The notes under the pieces are model-generated. The model was given only the letters and a program-made list of their open reading frames with translations, ran no database searches and had not been told where the DNA came from. From a virus (Duplodnaviria > Caudoviricetes): a DNA stretch of 64,000 nt. Location of the stretch: positions 96,001 to 160,000 of IMG/VR virus record IMGVR_UViG_3300037247_001786. The stretch is one strand, 5' to 3'. How positions within the stretch are numbered: the stretch's first letter is position 1; each line of letters starts with the position of its first letter. This document shows, in pieces, positions 35,106-44,251 of the stretch. A program made the translations under genes and the position numbers.

Positions 35106-38100
35106 ATGGGACTTTTTGATAGCGACGACATTAATCTATATAGAAATAATATACTAGAGATACCTTGGGACAAGTTAGAAGGAGTCCCTACTAACTTAAC
35201 AGGTGATCCTCCAGCTATTAATCAAGGAGTTGTACAGGTTCGTTGTTTCATACATCCCTATTGTCCTTTCGTAAAAGTTCCAAAAGAAGAATATGATCTT
35301 GTTTTTAATTCTTTAACTATGCCTGTTATAAATGAGGCTTTACCAGATGACGCTAAAAAATCTTTAACAACTACTGGTGGGTTAGAAGGGGTTCATTTTA
35401 CTGAAAAATATATCTATAGGCATAATTATATACAAAGAGAAATTCTGAGACAAACGACCCCCCCTAGTACTTGGGCAGTTGAGATAGAAAATTCTAAAAA
35501 TGCTCTTGAATCGGTATATGAGACAAGGTATAGAGAAGAACAAACATGGCTTATTAGAGAGAGCCCTTTTGACGGTGAATTTAATACAGTAGATTCAAAT
35601 TTATTTATTTCTTTATCTTCTCAAATAGACTCTGCATCAATAGCTCAGTGGGGATATCATTATCCATCTTTTACTTCTTCTTATACAACTACAGATGAGT
35701 TGTTGGATTATAAAAAAGATTATTACGAAGATAATAGCCAAAATTTTAATAAAGACAACAAAGGGATAAATACTACTAATGTTCAGATGCCTAGACAAAC
35801 GGCGACAACGGATTCTTTAGGAGAGTCTGTTCACTGGAGAGTAGAAAAGAAAACTCCTTTATATAGAGGAGAGGATTTCTTTATAGAATTTCATAGACAT
35901 GCCAAATCTGCGAATATAAATAGTAAGAGAACAGGAGATGATAAAAATACAATTCCGTTCAATCCTAGTTTTGAAAATTATAGATCAATAGATGTTTTTG
36001 GAGACGAATATGGAAATAACACTGAATACGACATAGCTGGTGATGAAACTTTAAAAGTTTTTATCAATAGGGCTGTAAGAGAAAGTGATGACCCAGAGGA
36101 AAGGTCATCTTTTAGATTATTTGACCAAGCATATTATATTATAGAAATGGGAGATATTACTTCAGTTAATACAGATGGCAAAAAGGAACATTATTTTATA
36201 ATTATAACAGAAAGAGATTATCCTATTTTTGTTGCGATAGATACCATAGATGGTGCTGATGATTTTGAATATTCCAGAGTTCTTTCTACTTTTAAAGAAG
36301 GAGGGATTCATGGCTCGGCTCTTATAAATGCGGAAAAAATGAGAATTACAGTTAGAAATCATTTAGGTAAATTAGCAATAACATTTGATATAGATGGGAA
36401 TAGAAGCAACCCTTGGATTATTGAAAGAACAGATTATTTAACAATTAATCAGTTAGCAGGAGCTATCTCCTCTGGGGGACAGTCTATTGACGATAAAGGG
36501 TCAATTGGAACGCCTTTAACTGTTCCTAACTCTACAATTCATTTATGGGGAGGTAATCTTTTATGCGGATTCGTATTTGGTCCGTTGCAATACTCAAGAG
36601 AAAAAATAGAATTTGTTTGGCCTCAACAACACTCTTTGCCAGATAATACTAAGATTAGTGCTAGGCTTACTACTTCAGATGATTTTATTCATGACATGGA
36701 AAGATATCAAGATATCCCTGGAACTCCCACAGATGTAGATCCATTATTTACCCAGCAAGCTCATTTTTATAAGCAGTGGGGTCGATCCAATCAATTTTCA
36801 GATTTAGATGACGTTAAAAATGGAGTATTCTTCTATGGAAGAGGAGTAGACCCCCTTATAGCTTTATCTCCTGATGAAACTAGTGTAGGGGTAAGAGACT
36901 CTTCAATATTTCTTAGTATTAAAGGATCGCCCACTTCTCTTTCTGGGTATACATGGCATGACGTAGACCGTCACAGACAAAAGTTCTATTTAAAACTTAA
37001 TTTAACTACTGGGAGTCATAAATTTAGCAATTCGGAACAGGAAGGCTGGAGAGGTATAGCCTCAGGAGGAACAGTGACGTCCGATAGTATTCTTAGTGAT
37101 GATGAGTGGATAGTTAATTCGTGCAAAACTCCTATCCTTACTTCTATTAGATTGGTAGGGGAAGTGAACGACGATGAGCCTCGTTGGGCTGACGGGACAA
37201 CCTCTTCAGGATATGATGGGCTTCCTAATCCTAGTGCTCCCCACTTTAGGGATGTATCTCACCACGTTACTTCTTATAATGAGAATTGGAGTTCTTCTGA
37301 TTTTTATGAGATAGAGCATACAGGAACAATTAATTTTTTATTGAAAGAAGTTGCAATTGATGTGAATGGAGTTATAACTTCTTTTGACGATAGCGAATAT
37401 TTAAAATCACTACAAGATAAATCTTTTTATATAGAAGTGTGGGCTGGTTACGAACCTCTAGGAGTGACAGGTAAAGAGTATACTCAGATGAATGGATTTT
37501 ATAAGTTATTTACAGGAATATGTTATGGGGGAATGGTAGATAAGACTCAAAGCAGAGAAATGATGACTTGCAAGATACACGACTACAAGAAAATACTTCA
37601 GGACCAAAAGTTTTTTAACTCTCCTTTTTTTGATGGAATGAGAGATGTTAATGCTGTTTTGGAAATTATGAATATGGCTGGCTTTAGGTCAAAGGGTCCC
37701 GCTGATCCAGGTAAGTATTTAAGAGATATGAAAGAAGACGATTTCTCAACTCCTATATACTATACGACCTCTGACGGTAGATTTTTTATTGATAATAAAT
37801 ATGCTTTGCCGAGTTCGTACAGAAGAATAGAACAAGCATTTTTTAAATTTGAGGCTGGGTCTACACTTTACGATGGAATAATAAAAATAGCTCATAACGC
37901 TTCAAAATTATTTTATTTTGATCAACATGGAGTTGCTCATTTTGAGAGTTATTTAGATTTGGAAAGGAATCGAATTCTTGGAGGAGAAGAGGGTCAAGGG
38001 GCAGGCGGTCTTTTCGCATTTACGAGCAATCATACTCTCTATGATGGTCAATTGATATATAATAAATTAGAAAAACAATTTAGGGTCGAAGATGTTCATA

Positions 38101-38465
38101 ATCATTTAAAAATTATGTCTGCTACTCCAAATAAAGAGATACTTTTCGCTGATGATCTTAGATGGGAGTCTTTAGATGATCCAACTCAAGAAGGATTTTT
38201 AGGTTATAAAAAACTATTTTATCAAAGAGCAGGATTTTTAGGATCAGAGGGGGCAGTTAGGAAACTTATTGATTTTTATAGAGTTATGTTTAGGCCAGAG
38301 GTTTTTGTGAAATTTGAGACTCACGGAATACCAATAAGGGCTACAGACCACATATGGGTAGATAATGAATTTCTAAGAGTTTCAAAAGTAACGCATAATA
38401 TAGATGCTAAAGAAAATAAGTGGTGGATGAATGTTGAAGGAGAAAGGATGCAACCTGTCCAATAA
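35106..38465 (+). CDS. Baseplate hub/tail-tip protein
   Basis: 1119 aa; C-terminal LFYFDQHGVAHF...HIWVDNEFLRVSKVTHNIDAKENKWWMNVEG hub-like pattern. Confidence 0.65.
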   Translation: MGLFDSDDINLYRNNILEIPWDKLEGVPTNLTGDPPAINQGVVQVRCFIHPYCPFVKVPKEEYDLVFNSLTMPVINEALPDDAKKSLTTTGGLEGVHFTEKYIYRHNYIQREILRQTTPPSTWAVEIENSKNALESVYETRYREEQTWLIRESPFDGEFNTVDSNLFISLSSQIDSASIAQWGYHYPSFTSSYTTTDELLDYKKDYYEDNSQNFNKDNKGINTTNVQMPRQTATTDSLGESVHWRVEKKTPLYRGEDFFIEFHRHAKSANINSKRTGDDKNTIPFNPSFENYRSIDVFGDEYGNNTEYDIAGDETLKVFINRAVRESDDPEERSSFRLFDQAYYIIEMGDITSVNTDGKKEHYFIIITERDYPIFVAIDTIDGADDFEYSRVLSTFKEGGIHGSALINAEKMRITVRNHLGKLAITFDIDGNRSNPWIIERTDYLTINQLAGAISSGGQSIDDKGSIGTPLTVPNSTIHLWGGNLLCGFVFGPLQYSREKIEFVWPQQHSLPDNTKISARLTTSDDFIHDMERYQDIPGTPTDVDPLFTQQAHFYKQWGRSNQFSDLDDVKNGVFFYGRGVDPLIALSPDETSVGVRDSSIFLSIKGSPTSLSGYTWHDVDRHRQKFYLKLNLTTGSHKFSNSEQEGWRGIASGGTVTSDSILSDDEWIVNSCKTPILTSIRLVGEVNDDEPRWADGTTSSGYDGLPNPSAPHFRDVSHHVTSYNENWSSSDFYEIEHTGTINFLLKEVAIDVNGVITSFDDSEYLKSLQDKSFYIEVWAGYEPLGVTGKEYTQMNGFYKLFTGICYGGMVDKTQSREMMTCKIHDYKKILQDQKFFNSPFFDGMRDVNAVLEIMNMAGFRSKGPADPGKYLRDMKEDDFSTPIYYTTSDGRFFIDNKYALPSSYRRIEQAFFKFEAGSTLYDGIIKIAHNASKLFYFDQHGVAHFESYLDLERNRILGGEEGQGAGGLFAFTSNHTLYDGQLIYNKLEKQFRVEDVHNHLKIMSATPNKEILFADDLRWESLDDPTQEGFLGYKKLFYQRAGFLGSEGAVRKLIDFYRVMFRPEVFVKFETHGIPIRATDHIWVDNEFLRVSKVTHNIDAKENKWWMNVEGERMQPVQ

Positions 38466-38497
38466 TAAGTAGGGTAAATATATAATAGGAGTAAAAA

Positions 38498-38725
38498 ATG
38501 AGTTTTAATACAGCTTCAAATGCTGGTTCATCTTTTGGTAGAAGAATCAGTCGAAATTTAGAGAATGTCATGGACGCTTCATCAACAGCTCATGATAGAT
38601 CGATAATGAATGTTAGAGCAGATATGCAACAAAGATATGGGGCAATGCAGATGATGGATGTATATCCTAATCAATATGCTATGTTCGGAAGTTGGGCTAA
38701 TAGCAGCACTACAGTTGCTCCCTAA
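38498..38725 (+). CDS. Small hypothetical protein
   Basis: 75 aa, SD AGGAG. Confidence 0.65.
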   Translation: MSFNTASNAGSSFGRRISRNLENVMDASSTAHDRSIMNVRADMQQRYGAMQMMDVYPNQYAMFGSWANSSTTVAP

Positions 38726-38740
38726 ATAAAGGAAACAGTT

Positions 38741-41700
38741 ATGGGTACCACAAGATTTTTTAGTTTAGCTTTCTTTGATTTCGGAGATCAGCTTGATTCT
38801 CAGTTGAATGTGAACAAAGAAATAGACAGGTTTGTCCTTATAGATAAACAGCTCTATGGGCTGTATAGTATCTTTGGAAACGGAGTTATTAATGGATGGT
38901 CGGTTACAGATGGAGGATCATCTCAAACAGAGGGAATTGCTGTAAATGTTTCTACAGGTTTAGGTATTATTAATTTTATATCTTCCCAGACTGATCTTCC
39001 TGGTAAAGTTATTCATTTAACGCCTAATTCTACTCAGTATATTTATGCGGTTTTAACGGGCAACACTACTAGAACTAGGGTTATTAATTTTAAAAAATCC
39101 AGCAGTAGTACATATAATAATAATGCTATATTATTAGCAAAAGTTGTTACTAGCAGCACTGGCGTTGCTTTTATTGATAACAACGTAAGAGATTTAATTA
39201 GCTTTGAGTCAATAATACAAAATGAGATAGATGAGCATAAGCACAGGGGATCTCCTTCTAAAATAGACTTACAAGAAGAAATAAAAAATCAATTACCAGG
39301 AGCAAGAATAGAAAGTTTAGATGCGTCAAAAATAACCAGCGGCGTTTTGGGAATTGATGCGATTCCTCTTATAGACCATAACGAGTTAGAAAACAAGGGT
39401 CTTTTAACTCATGCCGCATTAGATTCTTTTGTGAGAAGTTTATCTCAAAACAATAAAGAATTATTGGGAGAGATATCAACCGTTAACTTATTAAAAACAC
39501 AGATATTTCTTAAATATATTCATCCGGAAGTTGACCAATATTGGATTAACGAATTTGTGTTAATACCAGGAATAAGTCCAGACAGTTTTATAGATTTTGC
39601 TTCTTCTACAGCTAATATAGATTTAGTTAATCAATGTATTAGTGGAATCCCTGCACGAACAGGACTATTTACGTCAGTTTTTTGGAGAGATCAACAATCT
39701 TTTTCAAATACTCATTATAGAAATAATGTTGTAATCTCTAATGGGGAAGTGTCTCTAGAGCGTTCAGGTGAAAATATATTACAGATAGAAGGATTTAATA
39801 ATTTTGGACAAGGTCAGGGAAGTGTTATTAACGCTTTTACCTCTGAGATAGTCGCGACAGAAGAGTCTGTATCTGTTACGGCAGATATTTCTGATCAAAA
39901 TAAGGTAGAGGGCGATGCCGCTGGATCTTTCAGTGCCAGCAATTCTTTACAAGCACGGTATACAAAGGATTTAAGAACGGATATAGGAAATAATATAGGT
40001 CAAAATTGGTCAACAGATTACGACGAGTTATCTTTATGGGTTAAAACAATTGATCAAGTTCACGAAGCGGTATATTTAAAAATAATAACATATGACCAGT
40101 CATTAGGAGCTGAAGTAGTTCTTCCAGAAATAACATTAATAGATAAAGATCACGTTACAACAAATACAGATAGTACTAAAAATGAATTTGAAGAGATAAT
40201 AGTCAGTTTGGTGGATTTAGACGTTTCAAATGTAACTAAAGTTATGTTTTATACAGACGAAATTAGTAATACATTTAATTTCTTTGTGGACGATATGCAT
40301 GTTAGGAGAAGAAATTTAGTTGTTCCGAGCGGGACAGTTAGATATCGTTATATTACGGAGTCAGATATAGTTTTTCACTCTATATGGCACGAGTCTGTCA
40401 CCCCAGACAATACAGAAGTTCAAGTGAGAGTAAAAACTGCGTCTTCTACTTCTTTATTAAATAGGTCTTCATATAGCTTACCTGTGGTTACAGGAGATGT
40501 TTTTGCATTAGCTGGTTCAGCGATAGAGATAGAGGTTATTCTATTGTCATCTGATAATACTGCAACTCCAGTATTGGATTATCTTGAGTTAAGGCTTTTA
40601 GTCGATGGTGATTTTAGCGGATTCGAGATAAACACAGAAAGTGAATGGAACGAGGGAACGCTTCAGAATATAGCCGTTGAAGATACTGAATCTGAGGACT
40701 CTAATCTTACTATATCATCACCAATTAATGTAGGTGGTTTTTATTTTGCACAAAATGATTCAGCGAGCGAAATGAATGATACGAATGTTGGTCAAATAGG
40801 TTTTAGCGGTAGCTTTATGCCCATATCATCTAATCAGGCTTTAAAGTGGTCATCTAACCCGTATAAAAAATTCGATTACTTAACGTCGATAGTTAGGAAA
40901 TTTGATAAAAGTTATTTGATAGCTGATACCAATAATGATAGGGTTCTAGAAGTTGATTCAGCAGGTAATCTTATTAAAGGATATGGAACGAGCTATGCAA
41001 CTATCGAGGCTGAAGAATTATACCCTTTATCATTTGTATATAATCAAGAATCGCATATTCTTTCTATCGCTTTCACTAAAGCTGTAGAGCTTCAAGATAT
41101 TACAAAAATAGTTTTTTATATTAGTTCTTTAAAGTTCCCTTTAACCACACAAGATATTCTTATTAGTTTCGACAAGTCTGGAGGGAGAGTGATTGAAATT
41201 CAGCTTTCAGATGACACCTGGGTATCTTTGGCTAATCTAACAACTAGTCATACTTCTGATTTAACAGTTGATATAGAAGCTGATGCATTTACAGCAGAGA
41301 TTATAGATTCTTCTGGAGAATTATTATCTCCGGGATTATATGGATGGGAATGTTTCGTCGGAGATTTTACTTACATAGACAATATTAGTCATCCTATATT
41401 TGTTGATATTCTAGAAAATGGCAATTGGGTTGTTGCTAATGCTTTTGTCAATTTTGATAGTACCGAAGAGGAGGGGGTTGAGAATACTAATAGTTCCCCA
41501 GGTATACTTGAGTTCGATCCTGACACTGGATTAGAAGTTTATAGTTCTGATTTGACAGTTTTTTCAGATTTCACTTTAGGATCTATACTTGAATATCAAG
41601 ATAATAAATTTTTAATTGCATGTATGAAAGAAGGAGAGACAATTGATAGTGCCGTTGATAGTGATACTATTAGGTCTATAGGCACAGATAAAGCTATTTT

Positions 41701-41998
41701 TAGAGCATCTGCTGTCGATTCGTTGACAAATTATAGAGGTAAGGTATTAATTCTTGATAAGGTGAATAATAAGTTTACGACTCTCTATAGTTCTCCAGAC
41801 GGGTTGTATCCATCAGATGTTGATATGTATGCTGATGGAAGCGTTCTTGTTTCTGAGTCTAGTTTTGCCGAATCGAGTGGCAGATTAATAAAGTTAGATT
41901 CATTTGGAAATATTACATGGGTTTTTGGAACTGGCACTTTTAATATAATTAGAGATGCAAAGGTTGTTTCGGTTGATAATATAATGGTAAGCATATAG
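38741..41998 (+). CDS. Virion structural protein (tail-fibre/baseplate anchor, CBM-like domain, NHL-like propeller)
   Basis: N-terminus paralogous to 61999; YLIADTNNDRVLEVDSAGNLI and VLVSESSF...LIKLDSFGNITW propeller blades. Confidence 0.7.
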   Translation: MGTTRFFSLAFFDFGDQLDSQLNVNKEIDRFVLIDKQLYGLYSIFGNGVINGWSVTDGGSSQTEGIAVNVSTGLGIINFISSQTDLPGKVIHLTPNSTQYIYAVLTGNTTRTRVINFKKSSSSTYNNNAILLAKVVTSSTGVAFIDNNVRDLISFESIIQNEIDEHKHRGSPSKIDLQEEIKNQLPGARIESLDASKITSGVLGIDAIPLIDHNELENKGLLTHAALDSFVRSLSQNNKELLGEISTVNLLKTQIFLKYIHPEVDQYWINEFVLIPGISPDSFIDFASSTANIDLVNQCISGIPARTGLFTSVFWRDQQSFSNTHYRNNVVISNGEVSLERSGENILQIEGFNNFGQGQGSVINAFTSEIVATEESVSVTADISDQNKVEGDAAGSFSASNSLQARYTKDLRTDIGNNIGQNWSTDYDELSLWVKTIDQVHEAVYLKIITYDQSLGAEVVLPEITLIDKDHVTTNTDSTKNEFEEIIVSLVDLDVSNVTKVMFYTDEISNTFNFFVDDMHVRRRNLVVPSGTVRYRYITESDIVFHSIWHESVTPDNTEVQVRVKTASSTSLLNRSSYSLPVVTGDVFALAGSAIEIEVILLSSDNTATPVLDYLELRLLVDGDFSGFEINTESEWNEGTLQNIAVEDTESEDSNLTISSPINVGGFYFAQNDSASEMNDTNVGQIGFSGSFMPISSNQALKWSSNPYKKFDYLTSIVRKFDKSYLIADTNNDRVLEVDSAGNLIKGYGTSYATIEAEELYPLSFVYNQESHILSIAFTKAVELQDITKIVFYISSLKFPLTTQDILISFDKSGGRVIEIQLSDDTWVSLANLTTSHTSDLTVDIEADAFTAEIIDSSGELLSPGLYGWECFVGDFTYIDNISHPIFVDILENGNWVVANAFVNFDSTEEEGVENTNSSPGILEFDPDTGLEVYSSDLTVFSDFTLGSILEYQDNKFLIACMKEGETIDSAVDSDTIRSIGTDKAIFRASAVDSLTNYRGKVLILDKVNNKFTTLYSSPDGLYPSDVDMYADGSVLVSESSFAESSGRLIKLDSFGNITWVFGTGTFNIIRDAKVVSVDNIMVSI

Positions 41999-42014
41999 AA
42001 TTAAAGAAAAAAGA

Positions 42015-42039
42015 AGGATTTCTCCGATAATATTACAAT
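42015..42039 (+). promoter_or_regulatory. Class II promoter
   Basis: AAGGATTTCTCCGATAATATTACAAT. Confidence 0.5.
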
Positions 42040-42076
42040 AGAATAATATAGTTTATTATTTTATAGGAGAAGTTTA

Positions 42077-42268
42077 ATGAAAAAAGAAAGATATACAGAA
42101 GAAATAAGAATAGTAGCTCCCCCTTCGCTATATAAACCATTTGTTGAAAAATGTGAAAAGCAGTACAAGACTATATCTCAAGTGCTGAGAGAATTAATGG
42201 TGGAATATATTATTGACGACATTCAGAAAGAAGGCGAGGATAGCGTTAATGAAAAAGCTAATCTATAA
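42077..42268 (+). CDS. Ribbon-helix-helix (CopG/Arc-like) DNA-binding protein
   Basis: IRIVAPPSLYKPFVEKCEKQYKTISQVLRELMVEYI; SD AGGAG. Confidence 0.72.
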   Translation: MKKERYTEEIRIVAPPSLYKPFVEKCEKQYKTISQVLRELMVEYIIDDIQKEGEDSVNEKANL

Positions 42269-43151
42269 TGAAGTGAAAAAAGTTTTTGAAGACGGTGGAT
42301 GTGAGTTATTATCTAGTGAATATAAAAACAATTTTACTAAAATGAGATACAGGTGTTCTTGTGGAAATGTTTCAGATATCTCATTAACTCATTTTAAAAA
42401 AGGTAGAAGATGCAGGGAATGTGGATATAAAAAATCAAGCTTAACTCATACATATACCCATAAAGAAGTTAAGAAGATATTTGTGAAGAATAACTGTGAA
42501 TTGTTAAGTGGGGAATATGGGGGGCATAATTCGAAGCTAGAATATAAATGCGTTTGTGGGAATATCTCTAAAATAACATTAACTAATTTCAATAGGGGTC
42601 ACAGATGTAAGAAATGCTGGTATGAAAAAATAGCGAAGAACCTGAGTTTTTCATATAATCAGGTTAAAAAAATATTTAAGGATGGAGGAGGGGAATTATT
42701 AAGTAAAAAATATAAAAATGCTAATAGTTATTTAAAATATAGATGTAGTTGTGGCAATATTTCTAAAATAACTTTAGCTCATTTTTCTCAAGGTCAAAGA
42801 TGTAAAAAATGCGGGATAGAAAAAATATCAGGAAAAAACAATTATAATTGGAATTTCGATTTAACAGTAGAAGAGAGAGATATAAAAAGGGATTATGCAG
42901 AATATAAGAATTGGAGGAAGAAGGTCTACGCAAGAGATGGATATGTCTGTCAAAGATGTTTTAAAAAAGGTAATTATTTAAACGCACATCATATATTAAA
43001 TTATTCTACTTATAAAGATTTAAGACTAGTAACTGCTAATGGTATAACTTTATGCAGAGGGTGTCATATATGGTTCCACAAAAAATATGGGAAAAAAGAT
43101 AATAACGCAAAACAATTAGATGAATTTCTTAAAAAATTGATAGTATTATGA
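42249..43151 (+). CDS. HNH endonuclease with three N-terminal zinc-ribbon repeats
   Basis: WRKKVYARDGYVCQRC...LNAHHIL...NGITLCRGCHIWFH; three repeats of about 65 aa ELLS..Y......YRCSCGN.S.I.L..F..G.RC..C; SD GAGG favours ATG 42249. Confidence 0.88.
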   Translation: MKKLIYNEVKKVFEDGGCELLSSEYKNNFTKMRYRCSCGNVSDISLTHFKKGRRCRECGYKKSSLTHTYTHKEVKKIFVKNNCELLSGEYGGHNSKLEYKCVCGNISKITLTNFNRGHRCKKCWYEKIAKNLSFSYNQVKKIFKDGGGELLSKKYKNANSYLKYRCSCGNISKITLAHFSQGQRCKKCGIEKISGKNNYNWNFDLTVEERDIKRDYAEYKNWRKKVYARDGYVCQRCFKKGNYLNAHHILNYSTYKDLRLVTANGITLCRGCHIWFHKKYGKKDNNAKQLDEFLKKLIVL

Positions 43152-44251
43152 AAAAAATAGAAATAGAATATTGTTGTTTTTTAAATTCCAGCGGATATAG
43201 TGCTGCCGCCCAAGATTATATTTTAGCATTACATAACAGCGGTAGATACAATATTAAGATACATGCTTTTGGTGGTAAACCAGCGAGACCAGCTATTAGC
43301 GACGAAAGATATTCTATATTTTCAAAAATGATAAAGAAAAAATCTAATGCAGACGCTATACAAATACTACATTGTATCCCAACTTTGCAAAAAAATATTA
43401 AAAAGAAAAAAGAGAAAAACATAGCATTTTCAACTTTCGAGACGTTTGCTCCTCCAGATAATTGGATTTCAATATTGAATAAAAACAATGCGATGATAGC
43501 TCCTTCATTTTTTAATTATAAAATTTTTGCTCACTCAAAGATAAATAAGCCTATATTTCATATCCCTCATTGTATAGATTTTAATACTTTCAACAATAAT
43601 GTGTCTCCTATCAGAAAATACGATAAATTTACTTTTTTATTTTTTGGGGCCTGGAAGAAAAGGAAGGGATACGAAGCACTATTAGAGGCTTGGTTTAGAG
43701 AATTTAAAGAGTCTGACGGGGTCCAACTTGTTATAAAAACGGACAAAAACAGACAAGCCTCAGCGTATATCGAAAAAATAAAGAAAGAGATCGGAATAAC
43801 TAAAGGATTTGCCCCTATTTTAATTGAAAATAAAATATTCAGTGAAGCAGAGATGCCCCACTTTTTAAAGTCATTTAATTGTTTAATACTTCCAACGATG
43901 GGAGAAGGGTTTAACCTTCCAGGATTACAATGTATGAGTTTGGGGGTTCCAGTTATAATTACGGACTTTTCTGGGTGTCAGGATTATGCGGATATAGAAA
44001 CAGCGACAATGATAGATCCAAAAGGTTTTATTTTGAAGAAGAATATGGATGGTATTCCTCAATTTAGAAATAAAAAATGGGCTTTTGTCTCCGTAAATGA
44101 TATAATAATAAAAATGAAATATGCGGTTGAGAATCAAACAGAAATAAAAAAGAAAGCAGATAATGCTTATGATATAGTAAGAAGTAAATTTACTTATCAA
44201 AAAACAGAAGAGTTATTTAGGGAAATGATAGGAACTCTGTATGACATATAA
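43148..44251 (+). CDS. GT-B fold glycosyltransferase (GT4-like)
   Basis: FLFFGAWKKRKGYEALLEAW...LILPTMGEGFNLPGLQCMSLGVPVIITDFSG. Confidence 0.88.
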   Translation: MKKIEIEYCCFLNSSGYSAAAQDYILALHNSGRYNIKIHAFGGKPARPAISDERYSIFSKMIKKKSNADAIQILHCIPTLQKNIKKKKEKNIAFSTFETFAPPDNWISILNKNNAMIAPSFFNYKIFAHSKINKPIFHIPHCIDFNTFNNNVSPIRKYDKFTFLFFGAWKKRKGYEALLEAWFREFKESDGVQLVIKTDKNRQASAYIEKIKKEIGITKGFAPILIENKIFSEAEMPHFLKSFNCLILPTMGEGFNLPGLQCMSLGVPVIITDFSGCQDYADIETATMIDPKGFILKKNMDGIPQFRNKKWAFVSVNDIIIKMKYAVENQTEIKKKADNAYDIVRSKFTYQKTEELFREMIGTLYDI

